Assembly: GCA_046290225.1 (NCBI GenBank)
Contig: JBKAGE010000076.1
Location: 32,001 to 96,000, forward strand
From: Bradymonadia bacterium
GTDB taxonomy: Bacteria > Myxococcota_A > Bradymonadia > UBA7976 > UBA1532
Reading direction: 5' to 3'
Length of the DNA stretch: 64,000 nt
Part shown: in pieces, positions 55,127-64,000 of the stretch
How the letters are laid out: each line of letters opens with the position of its first letter
Numbering within the stretch: the first letter of the stretch is position 1
Notes under the pieces: generated by a model
Databases searched by the model: none
What the model saw: only the letters and a program-made list of their open reading frames with translations
What the model was told of the DNA's origin: nothing
Translations under genes and position numbers: made by a program

Positions 55127-56875
55127 TTGAAGCTCAGACCAACGTCATCGGCGCTGTGGGGCGCCTCTGTCATGATGTGCATGGGGGTGACGTCGAGCGC
55201 CCACGCCGGTGAGTGGCAACAGGCCACCCTCGGTGGGGTGACCACCCAGCTGTATCGACCAGACGCCGAGGGTGTGGCCGGTGAAGGTCGGCCCCTGTTC
55301 ATCGCGCTCCATGGCTGCGCTCAGCAGGCCACGGCGCTCAAAGACTTCGGCAACTGGTCTGCTGCAGAAGAGTATGGCGCGGTCATCGCCCTGCCCTCAG
55401 CCCCCAATGGTGGAGTGTACGCAGGGTGCTGGGATTACTACGGGGCCGGTCACACCCGCGGCAACCGCCACAACGGGCCCCTGCTGGCCATGGTGCAGGC
55501 CCTGCTCGACGACGCCGAGCTGAAGATCGATCCCGCTCAGGTCTACATCACCGGGCTCTCGTCGGGTGGCGCTCAGGCGGGGGTCATGGGCTGCCTCGCG
55601 CCGGAGATCTTTGCCGGTGTGGGCATCAACGCCGGCCCTGCAGTCGGCACGTCCGAAGCCGACATCGCCAGCGCCACGGGCACCCCAGAAGGCGTCGCGA
55701 ATACGTGCACCACCCTCGCAGGCGCGGAGTCCGGGGCCTTCTCGACCCAGCTCACGGCGGTGGTCTACGGCGACAAAGATGTCATCGTGGCCCCGGGCTA
55801 CGGCCGCCTCAACGCCCTCTCTCGGGCTGGCCTCTACAGCGTGCCCGACGCCCCGGATGCCTTCACCCTCGACGGCCTCCCAGGGTACGCCCCTTCAGGC
55901 CAGGGGCAGATCTGGTTCGATGCCGACGGTCCACGGGTCTCGCTCATCGAGGTGACGGGCATGGGCCACGCGTGGCCCGCAGGCACCGGGGAAGGCTTCG
56001 AGAACCAGTTCGTCGCCGCGGAAGGCCTCGACTGGTTCAGCTATCTGATGCAGTGGTTCACCGCCCACAACCGCCGGCTCGACGGCTTCACCCCCGAGCC
56101 CCCAGGCGTGACACCAGAGCCCACCCCCACGAGCCCGCCCACGCTGACGCTCACCGATGTCACCAGCACAGCAGGCTGTCTGCAGGCGTCGGGGCAGTTG
56201 TCCACCCTCGAAGGCGATCCGCTGAGCGGCCCCGAGGTGCAGGTGTTGTTGGTGGCAGGCGACACGAGCGCCCTGGCCACGGTGGAGCTCAGCGGCCGCT
56301 GGCAGGGCGAAGTCTGCGGCCTCGAGTCAGGCTGCTACCAGCTCGGCGTTCGGGTCACGAGCCCCGGCGGGCAAGACGCCCTCACCAGCGATCCAGTGCC
56401 GGTGGTGGCTACGGCAACGCCTGATGAAGGCAACATGAACCCTGCGCCAAGTGGGGTGGTGGCGGAGGTGGAGGACACGCTGGTGGGCCACACCGGACGC
56501 TTGAGCGTCTACCCTGGGGGCTACGGTGTGGCCGACACCACCTACCTCGACTTGCTCGATCAGTTCGGCACGATGACACCCTTCACGCTGTATCAGAGCG
56601 CCGACGGGGACTGGTACCTCGATCCGGCGAACATCCCTGGCGGCGCGCCAGAGATGCCCATGGCAGAGACGCCGAGCTGTGACGAGGTGACGCCGCCCTC
56701 GACCGAGCCAGAGGCGCCGGGCGAAATGCCCCAGCCAGGGCAACCGGGTGGCGGCGGTGGCGCGACCGCTGGGGGCCCAGCGGTGCGCACGAGTGGGGGC
56801 TGTCAGGGTGCACCCGGTGGTGGGGGGCTTTGGTGGATGGCGTTGCCATTGCTCGGGCTCCGACGCCGACGCTGA
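55127..56875 (+). CDS. Extracellular PHB depolymerase-family esterase with MYXO-CTERM-like tail
   Basis: GGAG plus TTG; signal peptide; ALHGCAQ, CWDYY, IDPAQVYITGLSSGG, G..D.IV, GMGHAWPAG; GGC..LWWMALPLLGLRRRR. Confidence 0.88.
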   Translation: MKLRPTSSALWGASVMMCMGVTSSAHAGEWQQATLGGVTTQLYRPDAEGVAGEGRPLFIALHGCAQQATALKDFGNWSAAEEYGAVIALPSAPNGGVYAGCWDYYGAGHTRGNRHNGPLLAMVQALLDDAELKIDPAQVYITGLSSGGAQAGVMGCLAPEIFAGVGINAGPAVGTSEADIASATGTPEGVANTCTTLAGAESGAFSTQLTAVVYGDKDVIVAPGYGRLNALSRAGLYSVPDAPDAFTLDGLPGYAPSGQGQIWFDADGPRVSLIEVTGMGHAWPAGTGEGFENQFVAAEGLDWFSYLMQWFTAHNRRLDGFTPEPPGVTPEPTPTSPPTLTLTDVTSTAGCLQASGQLSTLEGDPLSGPEVQVLLVAGDTSALATVELSGRWQGEVCGLESGCYQLGVRVTSPGGQDALTSDPVPVVATATPDEGNMNPAPSGVVAEVEDTLVGHTGRLSVYPGGYGVADTTYLDLLDQFGTMTPFTLYQSADGDWYLDPANIPGGAPEMPMAETPSCDEVTPPSTEPEAPGEMPQPGQPGGGGGATAGGPAVRTSGGCQGAPGGGGLWWMALPLLGLRRRR

Positions 56876-56978
56876 CCACCCTCAATCAGGCGCGCCCCGC
56901 CGTGAGGCGTTTGACATCGGGGCCATGAATCGGGCACCTAACCCGGTCATCGAGCCCCCTGCCGCTGCCGGAGATGCC

Positions 56979-57767
56979 ATGAACACCCCGAGCAAGTCTC
57001 TCGAAGCCCGCCTCCTCGATCGCATCTCCAAGGCCAACAAGGCCTTCGATCTCATCGCCCCCGGCGACAAAATCATGGTGGCCCTCTCCGGAGGCAAGGA
57101 CTCGTGGGCCCTGCTCTATCTGCTGCGGGCCTATCGCCAGAAGGTGCCCTTCGACTTCAGCATCGTGGGGGTGAACCTCGACCAGGGGCACCCCGGGTTC
57201 CCCGCCCAGGTGCTCATCGACCACCTCACCGCAGAAGGGTTCGATCATCGAGTGGTGTTCAAGGACACCTACTCCGTGGTGCAGGCCAAGACCCCCGAGG
57301 GCAAGACCTACTGCGCCCTGTGCTCCCGTATGCGCCGGGGCATCCTGCATCAGATCGCCGAAGAGCTCGGCTGCCGATCCATCGCGCTGGGCCACCATCG
57401 GGACGACGTGGCCCAGACCCTGCTGCTCAACGTGTTCTTCTCAGGGCGTATGCGGGGCATGCCGGCGAAGCTCGAGGGGCCCATCTCGGTGATCCGGCCC
57501 ATGGTGTACTGCGCCGAGTCCGAGCTCGCTGCGTACTGTGACCAGGTGGGGGCGCCGATCCTCCCCTGCAACCTCTGCGGCAGCCAGGAGAACCTGCAGC
57601 GTCAGGAGATGAAGGCCCTGCTCAACACCCTCGAAGGCCGCCACCCCAGCATCAAGGGCAACATGCTGGCGGCCCTCACCGGCGCGGGGCTCATGGCCGA
57701 GGGTGTGGCCCCTGTGGAGACCGCGCCCGAAGTCATCCAGGACACTCTGATTCAGATCGAAGGCTGA
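56979..57767 (+). CDS. ttcA: tRNA 2-thiocytidine(32) synthetase
   Basis: SGGKDS, NLDQG.PGFP, CALCSRMRRG, IALGHHRDD, PCNLCGSQENLQR. Confidence 0.95.
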   Translation: MNTPSKSLEARLLDRISKANKAFDLIAPGDKIMVALSGGKDSWALLYLLRAYRQKVPFDFSIVGVNLDQGHPGFPAQVLIDHLTAEGFDHRVVFKDTYSVVQAKTPEGKTYCALCSRMRRGILHQIAEELGCRSIALGHHRDDVAQTLLLNVFFSGRMRGMPAKLEGPISVIRPMVYCAESELAAYCDQVGAPILPCNLCGSQENLQRQEMKALLNTLEGRHPSIKGNMLAALTGAGLMAEGVAPVETAPEVIQDTLIQIEG

Positions 57768-57821
57768 AACCGCTGCCTCAGATTGCATCATGGCGGCGCC
57801 TTTGCCGTATGTTGTTCTGAG

Positions 57822-58706
57822 ATGCTCGATCTGAACGCCACCTCGCTCCGAGGCTCCATCCTGTTGCTCTGGCTCGTCACGCTGACGCCCCACATCACGT
57901 CGGCCCGTGGCAAGACACCTCGCTGGCACACCGTCGATGGCGCGGCTGCAGGGGCATCCGAGGCCATCGGAGGCTACAGCAAGGGCTGCCTGCAGGGGGG
58001 CGTCAGCGTCGGCCCTACGGGGAAGGGGTTTCAGATCATCCGCCTCGAGCGCAACCGCAGCTGGGGGCACCCCACCCTGGCCACCTTCGTCGAAGGCTAC
58101 GGCGCTCGGCTCGACGCCGCTGGCCTGCCCCCGGCCCTCATCGGTGACTTGGCGCAGCCCCGGGGGGGTCGCATGCCCTCGGACCACCGCAGTCACCAGA
58201 CCGGCCTCGACGTCGATGTCTGGTTCAGCCGGCCCGAGGGGCCACATCCTCTGCCTCGAACGGCCGTTCAGGCGTGGACGTTCCCCGATCTCGCCGACAA
58301 GAAGACCGAAGAGATCCACCCAGACCGCCTCACCAAAGATCGCATCGAGATGCTGAGGCTCGCCGCCGAAGATGACACTGTGGCCCGCATCTTCGTGAGC
58401 TATGTCATCAAGGGCGCGCTGTGTGCACAGGTGAAGGGTGATCGCAGCTGGCTACGCAAGATCAGGCCCTGGTGGGGTCACCGCGCCCACTTCCACGTGC
58501 GCCTGCACTGCCCCGAAGGCAGCCCGGACTGTGTGCCACAGAAGACCCTGCCCCCCGGCGACGGGTGCGACGTCTGGAGCTGGTTCACTCGAGCCGAGGT
58601 GGCCGCCCGCAAAGCCAGGGGCGAGCCCAAGTACACCCCACCGAAGATCAAACGACCCCGCCGCTGTCGGCAGGTGCTCAAGGCCCGAAAGGCTCGATCA
58701 GAGTGA
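57822..58706 (+). CDS. mepA: Penicillin-insensitive murein endopeptidase
   Basis: IGGYSKGCL.G, RNRSWGHP, IGDLAQPRGG, HRSHQTGLDVD.W, WLRKIRPWWGH..HFHVRL.CP, GDGC. Confidence 0.93.
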   Translation: MLDLNATSLRGSILLLWLVTLTPHITSARGKTPRWHTVDGAAAGASEAIGGYSKGCLQGGVSVGPTGKGFQIIRLERNRSWGHPTLATFVEGYGARLDAAGLPPALIGDLAQPRGGRMPSDHRSHQTGLDVDVWFSRPEGPHPLPRTAVQAWTFPDLADKKTEEIHPDRLTKDRIEMLRLAAEDDTVARIFVSYVIKGALCAQVKGDRSWLRKIRPWWGHRAHFHVRLHCPEGSPDCVPQKTLPPGDGCDVWSWFTRAEVAARKARGEPKYTPPKIKRPRRCRQVLKARKARSE

Positions 58707-58713
58707 GCCGCCC

Positions 58714-61074
58714 TTGAGCAGACGAGATCATGTCCCTGCCTGGCTGGTGGTGATGCTGTGCACGCTCTGTGTGCGCGCCCACGCTGACGAGATCACTGTA
58801 GGCCCGGGGCCAGATCCCACAGAGCTGCCCACGGTGAGAGACGTGCAGGTGGAAGGCCTCGGGCCGAGCCAGAGACTGAAAGCCGAGATCCTCGCGCGGC
58901 CTCTGTTGGATCAGCCTGCAGATCCAGACCGCATCGACGGTGTGTTGCGTGCTTTGTCCACCCAGGGCGGCCTCGGCGCCTTCGATGTACAGGTGGAGCG
59001 CGCCGGAGATGTGGCGGTGGTGATCCTGATCAGCGCCGGCCCTCGGCGGCTGGTGGAGGGGATCCTGCTCGACACCCGGCCTGACGACGGGATGGACCCC
59101 AACCCTCGACTCAACAGCCTGCTCAGGCGTCAGCTCCAAGCGAGCGATCATCCGCTGCGCACCACAGAAGGTCAGCCGTTCCACCCTTACTGGCTCGAGG
59201 CAGATGTAGAGGCTGTTCGTCGATTCTATGTGGAAGACGGCCACCTCGACGCACGGGTGGAGCCGATGCTCCGGCCCGCTGGAGAGCTCGTCGAGGTGGT
59301 GTTCCACATCACGCCGGGGCCGGTGTACTCCACCGGCGAGATCACCCGCTCGGCGCCGACGACCCCGGCATGGCGGGCCATGGAGTCGGTCTCTCTACGC
59401 ATCGAGCGCGGCGCCCCAGTGCCCTGGTGGTTGAAGGCCGACGCGCACCGCATGCGCCGGGCGGTGTGCCTCGCCGGGGGACACCCCGAGGCCACGGTGG
59501 ACACCACGGTGAGCGAGACGGGTGAAGAGCGCTCGGTCCGCTTCGAGGTCACCCCGGGTCCTGCCCGCAAGATCCGCTCGATCGACTTCACGCATCAGAG
59601 CCTGCCGCCGAGCTTCCTCGCAGAGCACGGCGTCGCTGCAGGCGCCCCTTATTGCCCGGATGCTCTGGTCGAGCTGGAGAAAGCCATCTCCGCCCGGCTG
59701 AAGAACGAAGGGTTCCCTGATCCTGATCTGAAGCTCTCTGCCCGCTCTTTGCCCCCTGCGGAGGCCATGGCCATGGGCAACCGCATGGTGGACGTCGTCA
59801 TTCAGGTCCAACCCCGAACGCAGGCGGTGATCCAGCGTGTCTGGTTCGACGGCAACAAGGTGACTGAGGCCTCGGTGCTCGAGAGCATGGTGGTGGTCCG
59901 CGATGGCGACATCTTCAACCAGACCGACATCGATCGCAGCGTGCAGAATCTGCTCCGCAGTGGCTTGTTTCGTCGCGCATACGCCCGTGTGATTGATGGC
60001 GGCGGCGGGCGCTTCTATCTCTACTTCGTGGTGCAGGAGAGAGAGTTCCTCTCGCTGAGTTTTCAGAACCAGGAGGTGACTTTCTACAACATGGATCTCA
60101 CCCGGGCGCCCACGGCGCTGGGCGAGCTCACCGATGGCGTGACACTGCGAGGCCGCGGGCAGCAGCTGGCGATCCGCGCCCAGAAGGACCACCAGCGCCT
60201 GCGATTTCGAGATCCGTTCCTCTTCAACAACATGGTGACCCGTGTGGATCTCGAACGCCGCGAGTTCGGCTTCAGCGAGCTCGACGAGACGGTCTGGGCC
60301 GCCACCCTGGGTCTGGGGTTGCGGGCCTTCGAGAACCGCCTGGAGCTCATCCCCGTGGTGGCTGTGGAGACGCTGCAATCAGAGTCCCCGGCGCGGTACG
60401 CCTCTCTGCCGGTGCGCGGTGACGATCAGCTCCGTGTGCTCTGGGGCCTGGAGACGCTCATCGATCTGCGGCTGGTGGATGGCGAGCGCTTTCCCTATTT
60501 GGGGGCGCTCCTCGAGACGAGCGTGCGCAACATCGGCCTGCCAGGCTACGGGAAGCCCGATGTGCTGCGCCTGAGAACCTCGGGGCGCTTCTTCCTCCCT
60601 CTGGGCACGAACCGCACGGGCCAGCACTTTGTGTTGGAGTCTTTTGTGGAAGGGCACTGGCGCATCTCCGAGAAGGAGAACCGCATCACGGCCTTCGAGC
60701 GCGCTGCCCCCGAGATCAGAGGGTACGACCGGGAGGCCCACTATCTGGCCCACGAGATCGTGTCGACGGACGCAGAAGGCCGCCTTCAACAAGAGCAGGT
60801 AATGCTGGGCAGCACCGAGGCGTACGTGGGCTCGGTCTCGATCCGACTGCCCCTGTTCAACCAGCGCCGCACGACGCTGGTGCCCTTCCTCGACGCCATC
60901 ACCATGGGCGATCCCCGCAACCCCACCTTCGATCGCGTGTTCTTCGGCGCCGGCGCCCAACTTCGCTTCTCGCTGTTCAAAGAGCGCCTCGAAGGCTTCA
61001 TCTATGTGGCCCACCCCCTGAACGATACGGATGAAGCCGACTTCTTCGGCTCTGGCGCTGGCGGGAGCTTTTAG
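58714..61074 (+). CDS. Omp85 (BamA/TamA-like) outer membrane protein with POTRA domains
   Basis: Signal ending AHA; POTRA-like motifs (FYVEDGHLDARV, FDGNKVT...L, L..SGLF); barrel with RG.GQQL, FRDPFLF, IRGY; terminal aromatic (GGSF). Start uncertain. Confidence 0.8.
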   Translation: MSRRDHVPAWLVVMLCTLCVRAHADEITVGPGPDPTELPTVRDVQVEGLGPSQRLKAEILARPLLDQPADPDRIDGVLRALSTQGGLGAFDVQVERAGDVAVVILISAGPRRLVEGILLDTRPDDGMDPNPRLNSLLRRQLQASDHPLRTTEGQPFHPYWLEADVEAVRRFYVEDGHLDARVEPMLRPAGELVEVVFHITPGPVYSTGEITRSAPTTPAWRAMESVSLRIERGAPVPWWLKADAHRMRRAVCLAGGHPEATVDTTVSETGEERSVRFEVTPGPARKIRSIDFTHQSLPPSFLAEHGVAAGAPYCPDALVELEKAISARLKNEGFPDPDLKLSARSLPPAEAMAMGNRMVDVVIQVQPRTQAVIQRVWFDGNKVTEASVLESMVVVRDGDIFNQTDIDRSVQNLLRSGLFRRAYARVIDGGGGRFYLYFVVQEREFLSLSFQNQEVTFYNMDLTRAPTALGELTDGVTLRGRGQQLAIRAQKDHQRLRFRDPFLFNNMVTRVDLERREFGFSELDETVWAATLGLGLRAFENRLELIPVVAVETLQSESPARYASLPVRGDDQLRVLWGLETLIDLRLVDGERFPYLGALLETSVRNIGLPGYGKPDVLRLRTSGRFFLPLGTNRTGQHFVLESFVEGHWRISEKENRITAFERAAPEIRGYDREAHYLAHEIVSTDAEGRLQQEQVMLGSTEAYVGSVSIRLPLFNQRRTTLVPFLDAITMGDPRNPTFDRVFFGAGAQLRFSLFKERLEGFIYVAHPLNDTDEADFFGSGAGGSF

Positions 61075-61091
61075 CTCCGGGGCTTCGGCCC

Positions 61092-61222
61092 CGTGAGCGG
61101 CCGCCTGGGCTGTGAGGCGTGGCGCCTGGGCGGCGCTTCCGTCCTCGACGATGCTTCCAGCATCGCCTGCGGGTGAATCACCACCCAGACACCACGCCTC
61201 ACAACCCAGGCGACCACTCACG
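61092..61222 (-). repeat. Structured palindromic element, copy 3 of the CCGCAG..CGAGGA family
   Basis: 44-bp arms 61092-61135 and 61179-61222 differ at 7 positions, all G-T pairs on the - strand. The loop holds CCCGCAGGCGATGCTGGAAGCATCGTCGAGGACG on the - strand (61140-61173). Confidence 0.85.
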
Positions 61223-61420
61223 TGGCCTGCGCCCCTCCGCGTGCATGTTTGGGGGCTGGATAGGGGGTTTTGGGGGGGAGGTTGGAGGAGGGCTTGGGGG
61301 TCGAGGTTGGAGGAGGGGTTGAGAGAGGCTGATGGAGAAAAGAGCTTTGGGACAACCTTTGGGGCTTTGACAACATCATTATGAACAGCGGATATAATCC
61401 ATGCTTCTAGCAGCTAAAAA

Positions 61421-62320
61421 TTGACGTATCTGGTGCAGCATCGGGAGAGCAAGCCGGGTGAGGTGGTGAGTGTGCAGAAGAGCCTTGCTGAGCTTTTGAG
61501 ACGAACATCCGGAGACCACACCGGACATTGGAACGAAGAGGCGTGGCGACAAGTCGTCCATGGCCCCGCTCAGAGCCTCGCCCACTGCGCCGAAGCCCAG
61601 AACATCGACGAAGCGCACAGCCTCTCCATGCTCGAGGCCTACCTCACCCTGGCCAAGCGCGCCGTACTCGATGGCTACCTGCTGCCCGAGGGCGTCGGGC
61701 GACACGGCTTCTTTCACCACGCCTGGACCCAGCTGATCCCTCGGCTGCTGCCCCTTGCATCGACAGATACGCATGGTCGGCTCATGGGCATGCTCTGGGC
61801 CCTCGGCGAAAACCTCGAGACCGCACCCCCCTGGCTCGAAGCCCTCATCACGGCGGCCTCCGATGATCTGACCAGCCTCGAAGATCTCGACGAGTGGGTG
61901 GCTGATCTGACCCTCGAAGCCCTCGAACCTCCGACACAGACCCTCGAGCCTGAGCAGGCCACCATCACGTGGTTCGACTTCAGACACAGCGACTGGCAGT
62001 TCCTGCCCGGTGAGATGACCTTTGTGGCGCCCACCGTGCTGTGGATCGGTGATCGGCACCGCGTCGATCCTCAACAGCGCCCCCTCGGCCATGGCCTCTG
62101 GCTTACACCGGGTGGGCCGCGCTCGTTGGGCCCGTTGCCGCCGCCAGAGATCGAGCTCGATCTCGGCGAAGAGACCGATCCGATGCCCATATTCGACAAG
62201 GCCATTGGCTCGGACCGACGCTTCACCTCGGTCTTCACGGCCCGGGCGAACCCCTGGTGTGGTGCAGCTGCGCTCGAGAGTTCGCAGAGCATCGTCACGC
62301 TCACGGCAGCGGCGGGCTAA
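61421..62320 (+). CDS. Hypothetical protein
   Basis: 299-codon ORF with host-like codon usage filling the gap between convergent genes; no motif recognised. Start uncertain. Confidence 0.6.
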   Translation: MTYLVQHRESKPGEVVSVQKSLAELLRRTSGDHTGHWNEEAWRQVVHGPAQSLAHCAEAQNIDEAHSLSMLEAYLTLAKRAVLDGYLLPEGVGRHGFFHHAWTQLIPRLLPLASTDTHGRLMGMLWALGENLETAPPWLEALITAASDDLTSLEDLDEWVADLTLEALEPPTQTLEPEQATITWFDFRHSDWQFLPGEMTFVAPTVLWIGDRHRVDPQQRPLGHGLWLTPGGPRSLGPLPPPEIELDLGEETDPMPIFDKAIGSDRRFTSVFTARANPWCGAAALESSQSIVTLTAAAG

Positions 62321-62341
62321 GCAGTCTTGTGTAGATGAGTG

Positions 62342-62378
62342 AGGCTCAGGGGCTCCGAAGCCGAGCACCCCAGAGCCT
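62342..62378. terminator. Possible bidirectional hairpin between convergent genes
   Basis: AGGCTC-A-GGGG-CTC...GAG-CA-CCCC-A-GAGCCT imperfect stem; no poly-U tail. Confidence 0.3.
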
Positions 62379-62413
62379 GATGAGCCAAGAGCTGAACGTT
62401 CTATCGGCGATGT

Positions 62414-62728
62414 TCAGTCGAGCTCGCCGCGCTCAGCCTTGCCGATCCAGGTCCTGATCTCACGCTCGATGATGCCCACGGCTTTCTTCTGCAGAGGCCG
62501 AAACAGCAAAGGCACCTTCAACTCCAGGTCGAAGGCCCCGGGGCGCAGCTCCACCGTGCCCTTCAGGGACACCCCCTTGGCCTTGAACTGAATGTCGGCC
62601 TTCTTCGGGGTCAGCCACCTGGCCTGAGGGTTGTACTGGGCGAACTGCGCCCTGTACTGCTCGAAGGCTTTGTCGGCGGTCTTACGGGCGAGATCGTCGC
62701 TGAGGCTGTGTGTGATGGTGTGGCGCAT
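62414..62728 (-). CDS. Polyhydroxyalkanoic acid system family protein (small)
   Basis: H.ITHSL....AR...., F...GV...G.V, L.VPLLFRP, I..EI..W pattern; AGGAG RBS. Confidence 0.7.
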   Translation of the reverse strand: MRHTITHSLSDDLARKTADKAFEQYRAQFAQYNPQARWLTPKKADIQFKAKGVSLKGTVELRPGAFDLELKVPLLFRPLQKKAVGIIEREIRTWIGKAERGELD

Positions 62729-62800
62729 GCAGGCTCCTGAAAGCGTCCCCCTCTCGAGATTCGAGGACTGAGTGTCTGGGAAGGGTTACACCATCCAGGC

Positions 62801-64000
62801 TCACACCACAAAACGATCAGTCATCTCACCGTCGATGTTCCACCGCTCCACGGTCATGGTGCCGTCGGCAGCCACCTCGATCCGCGTGGCGCCATAGGTC
62901 TCTTCTGCCACCTGGCGGAGCGGGATCTCTTCGGGGTAGCTGGCCTCGACGTCGTCGCGGGTGGCGTCGATCTCGTAGCTCAACGCACCGCCGCCACCGT
63001 CGACGACGTAGACCATGCCGTCGACGTCGAAGCGCTCATAGCAGTGGTTGTGACCCGTGAGCACCAGCGGCACGTTGTGGGCTTGGAAGATCGGGTGAAG
63101 CACGTCGCGCACGCGGCGGTTCGCCGACGACTTGCTGAAGGTGTAGACCGGCCGGTGGAAGCCCACCACGGCCCGCTGCAGGCCGTCTGCCTCGAGGGTG
63201 CTCAGCTGCTGCTCCAACCACTCGGTCTGGAACGGCTCTGCCTGATCGTCGGTCTCGGAGTTCATCAAGATGAACCGCACGCTCCCGAAGTCGAAGGCGT
63301 GGAGATCGGATCGAGGGCTCTCGCTGCCCTGAATGCCGAAGAGGCGGCCGTACTGCACGGTGAACTCTTCCTGGCCTTCGTACTCGTGGTTGCCCACGCA
63401 CAGCTGTATAGGCGCCACGCGCATCGCCGCGGCGAAGTACTGGAACATGCCGTTCCACGTGTCGCCGGGGTTGCTCATGTATTGGATGTCACCGCCGTGC
63501 ACCACCACGTCGGGATTCCAGCTGGCCACGAGCTCGCCCACTCGGATCGAGTTGGGCCACATGGTGTCGGCGACCCAGACCGCGGTGAAGGCCTGCCCCG
63601 GCGCTGGCGGCGCGGTGAAGGCCCCCGTCACCGTGGTGGGGCCGATCTCCACGGACCAGCTGTATCGCATGCCCGGGGTCAACTCGGTCATGCGGCCGGT
63701 CCAGAGCGTGTAGGTCCCGGGGTAATCGCCGAAGTCCACCCGATCGGGGAACGGCGGCCACCGATATTCGAGCTCTTCGGTCTCGCTCGTCAGCTCTACA
63801 CGCTCGGGCTCACCGCCCTCGGCGGTGAGGGTGGCCTCGGCCTCGAACCCCTCCAGGGCTTCGAAGCGCAACACCACAACGCCACCGACGATGTGCAGCC
63901 AGGGGCCTTTGGTGATGGGGGCCTCGGGCAGACGGGCGAGCGGATGATCGGCGATCGCCGCGTCGGGACTGTCCGCATCCGGGATCTCGGCATCAGGGGC
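62801..64000 (-). CDS. Purple acid phosphatase-like metallophosphoesterase with FN3-like domain; 5' end outside the window
   Basis: VADT, HGGDIQY, GNHE, FHRP, GHNHCYER; LTPGMRYSW; frame stays open to the right edge (APDAEIPDAD..ITKGPWL). Confidence 0.9.
   Translation of the reverse strand, partial: APDAEIPDADSPDAAIADHPLARLPEAPITKGPWLHIVGGVVVLRFEALEGFEAEATLTAEGGEPERVELTSETEELEYRWPPFPDRVDFGDYPGTYTLWTGRMTELTPGMRYSWSVEIGPTTVTGAFTAPPAPGQAFTAVWVADTMWPNSIRVGELVASWNPDVVVHGGDIQYMSNPGDTWNGMFQYFAAAMRVAPIQLCVGNHEYEGQEEFTVQYGRLFGIQGSESPRSDLHAFDFGSVRFILMNSETDDQAEPFQTEWLEQQLSTLEADGLQRAVVGFHRPVYTFSKSSANRRVRDVLHPIFQAHNVPLVLTGHNHCYERFDVDGMVYVVDGGGGALSYEIDATRDDVEASYPEEIPLRQVAEETYGATRIEVAADGTMTVERWNIDGEMTDRFVV

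Overview
High-GC bacterial chromosomal segment, most likely from a Myxococcota/Bradymonadia-type deltaproteobacterium. This is inferred from MYXO-CTERM-like C-termini, Gly-rich lipoproteins and Cys-rich secreted proteases. It holds about 40 CDS. Housekeeping genes (cysD, cysN, yaaA, nagZ, ttcA, mepA, an acyl-CoA ligase, a Mo-oxidoreductase) are mixed with many secreted or surface proteins. Main points of interest: (1) a CRISPR-independent four-gene operon, anti-sigma / subtilisin lipoprotein / ECF sigma / TPR-CHAT caspase-like protease (31444-38355). It looks like a proteolytic signalling module, and it contains an in-frame low-GC patch and a sigma factor with a hydrophobic N-terminus. (2) A stand-alone PEARL-like (small LanB) gene with no visible precursor peptide. 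It is coupled to a hybrid kinase and sits next to a type I secretion-like operon whose ABC ATPase motifs are degenerate. (3) Three dispersed copies of a strand-specific hairpin element sharing the core CCGCAG-KCG-[hairpin]-CGK-CGAGGA. One copy is a 159-bp MITE with TIRs and a TTA duplication that interrupts a gene. (4) A ~500-bp intergenic inverted duplication with covarying hairpins. I saw no rRNA, tRNA or CRISPR array. All family assignments come from motif recognition by eye, not database searches.
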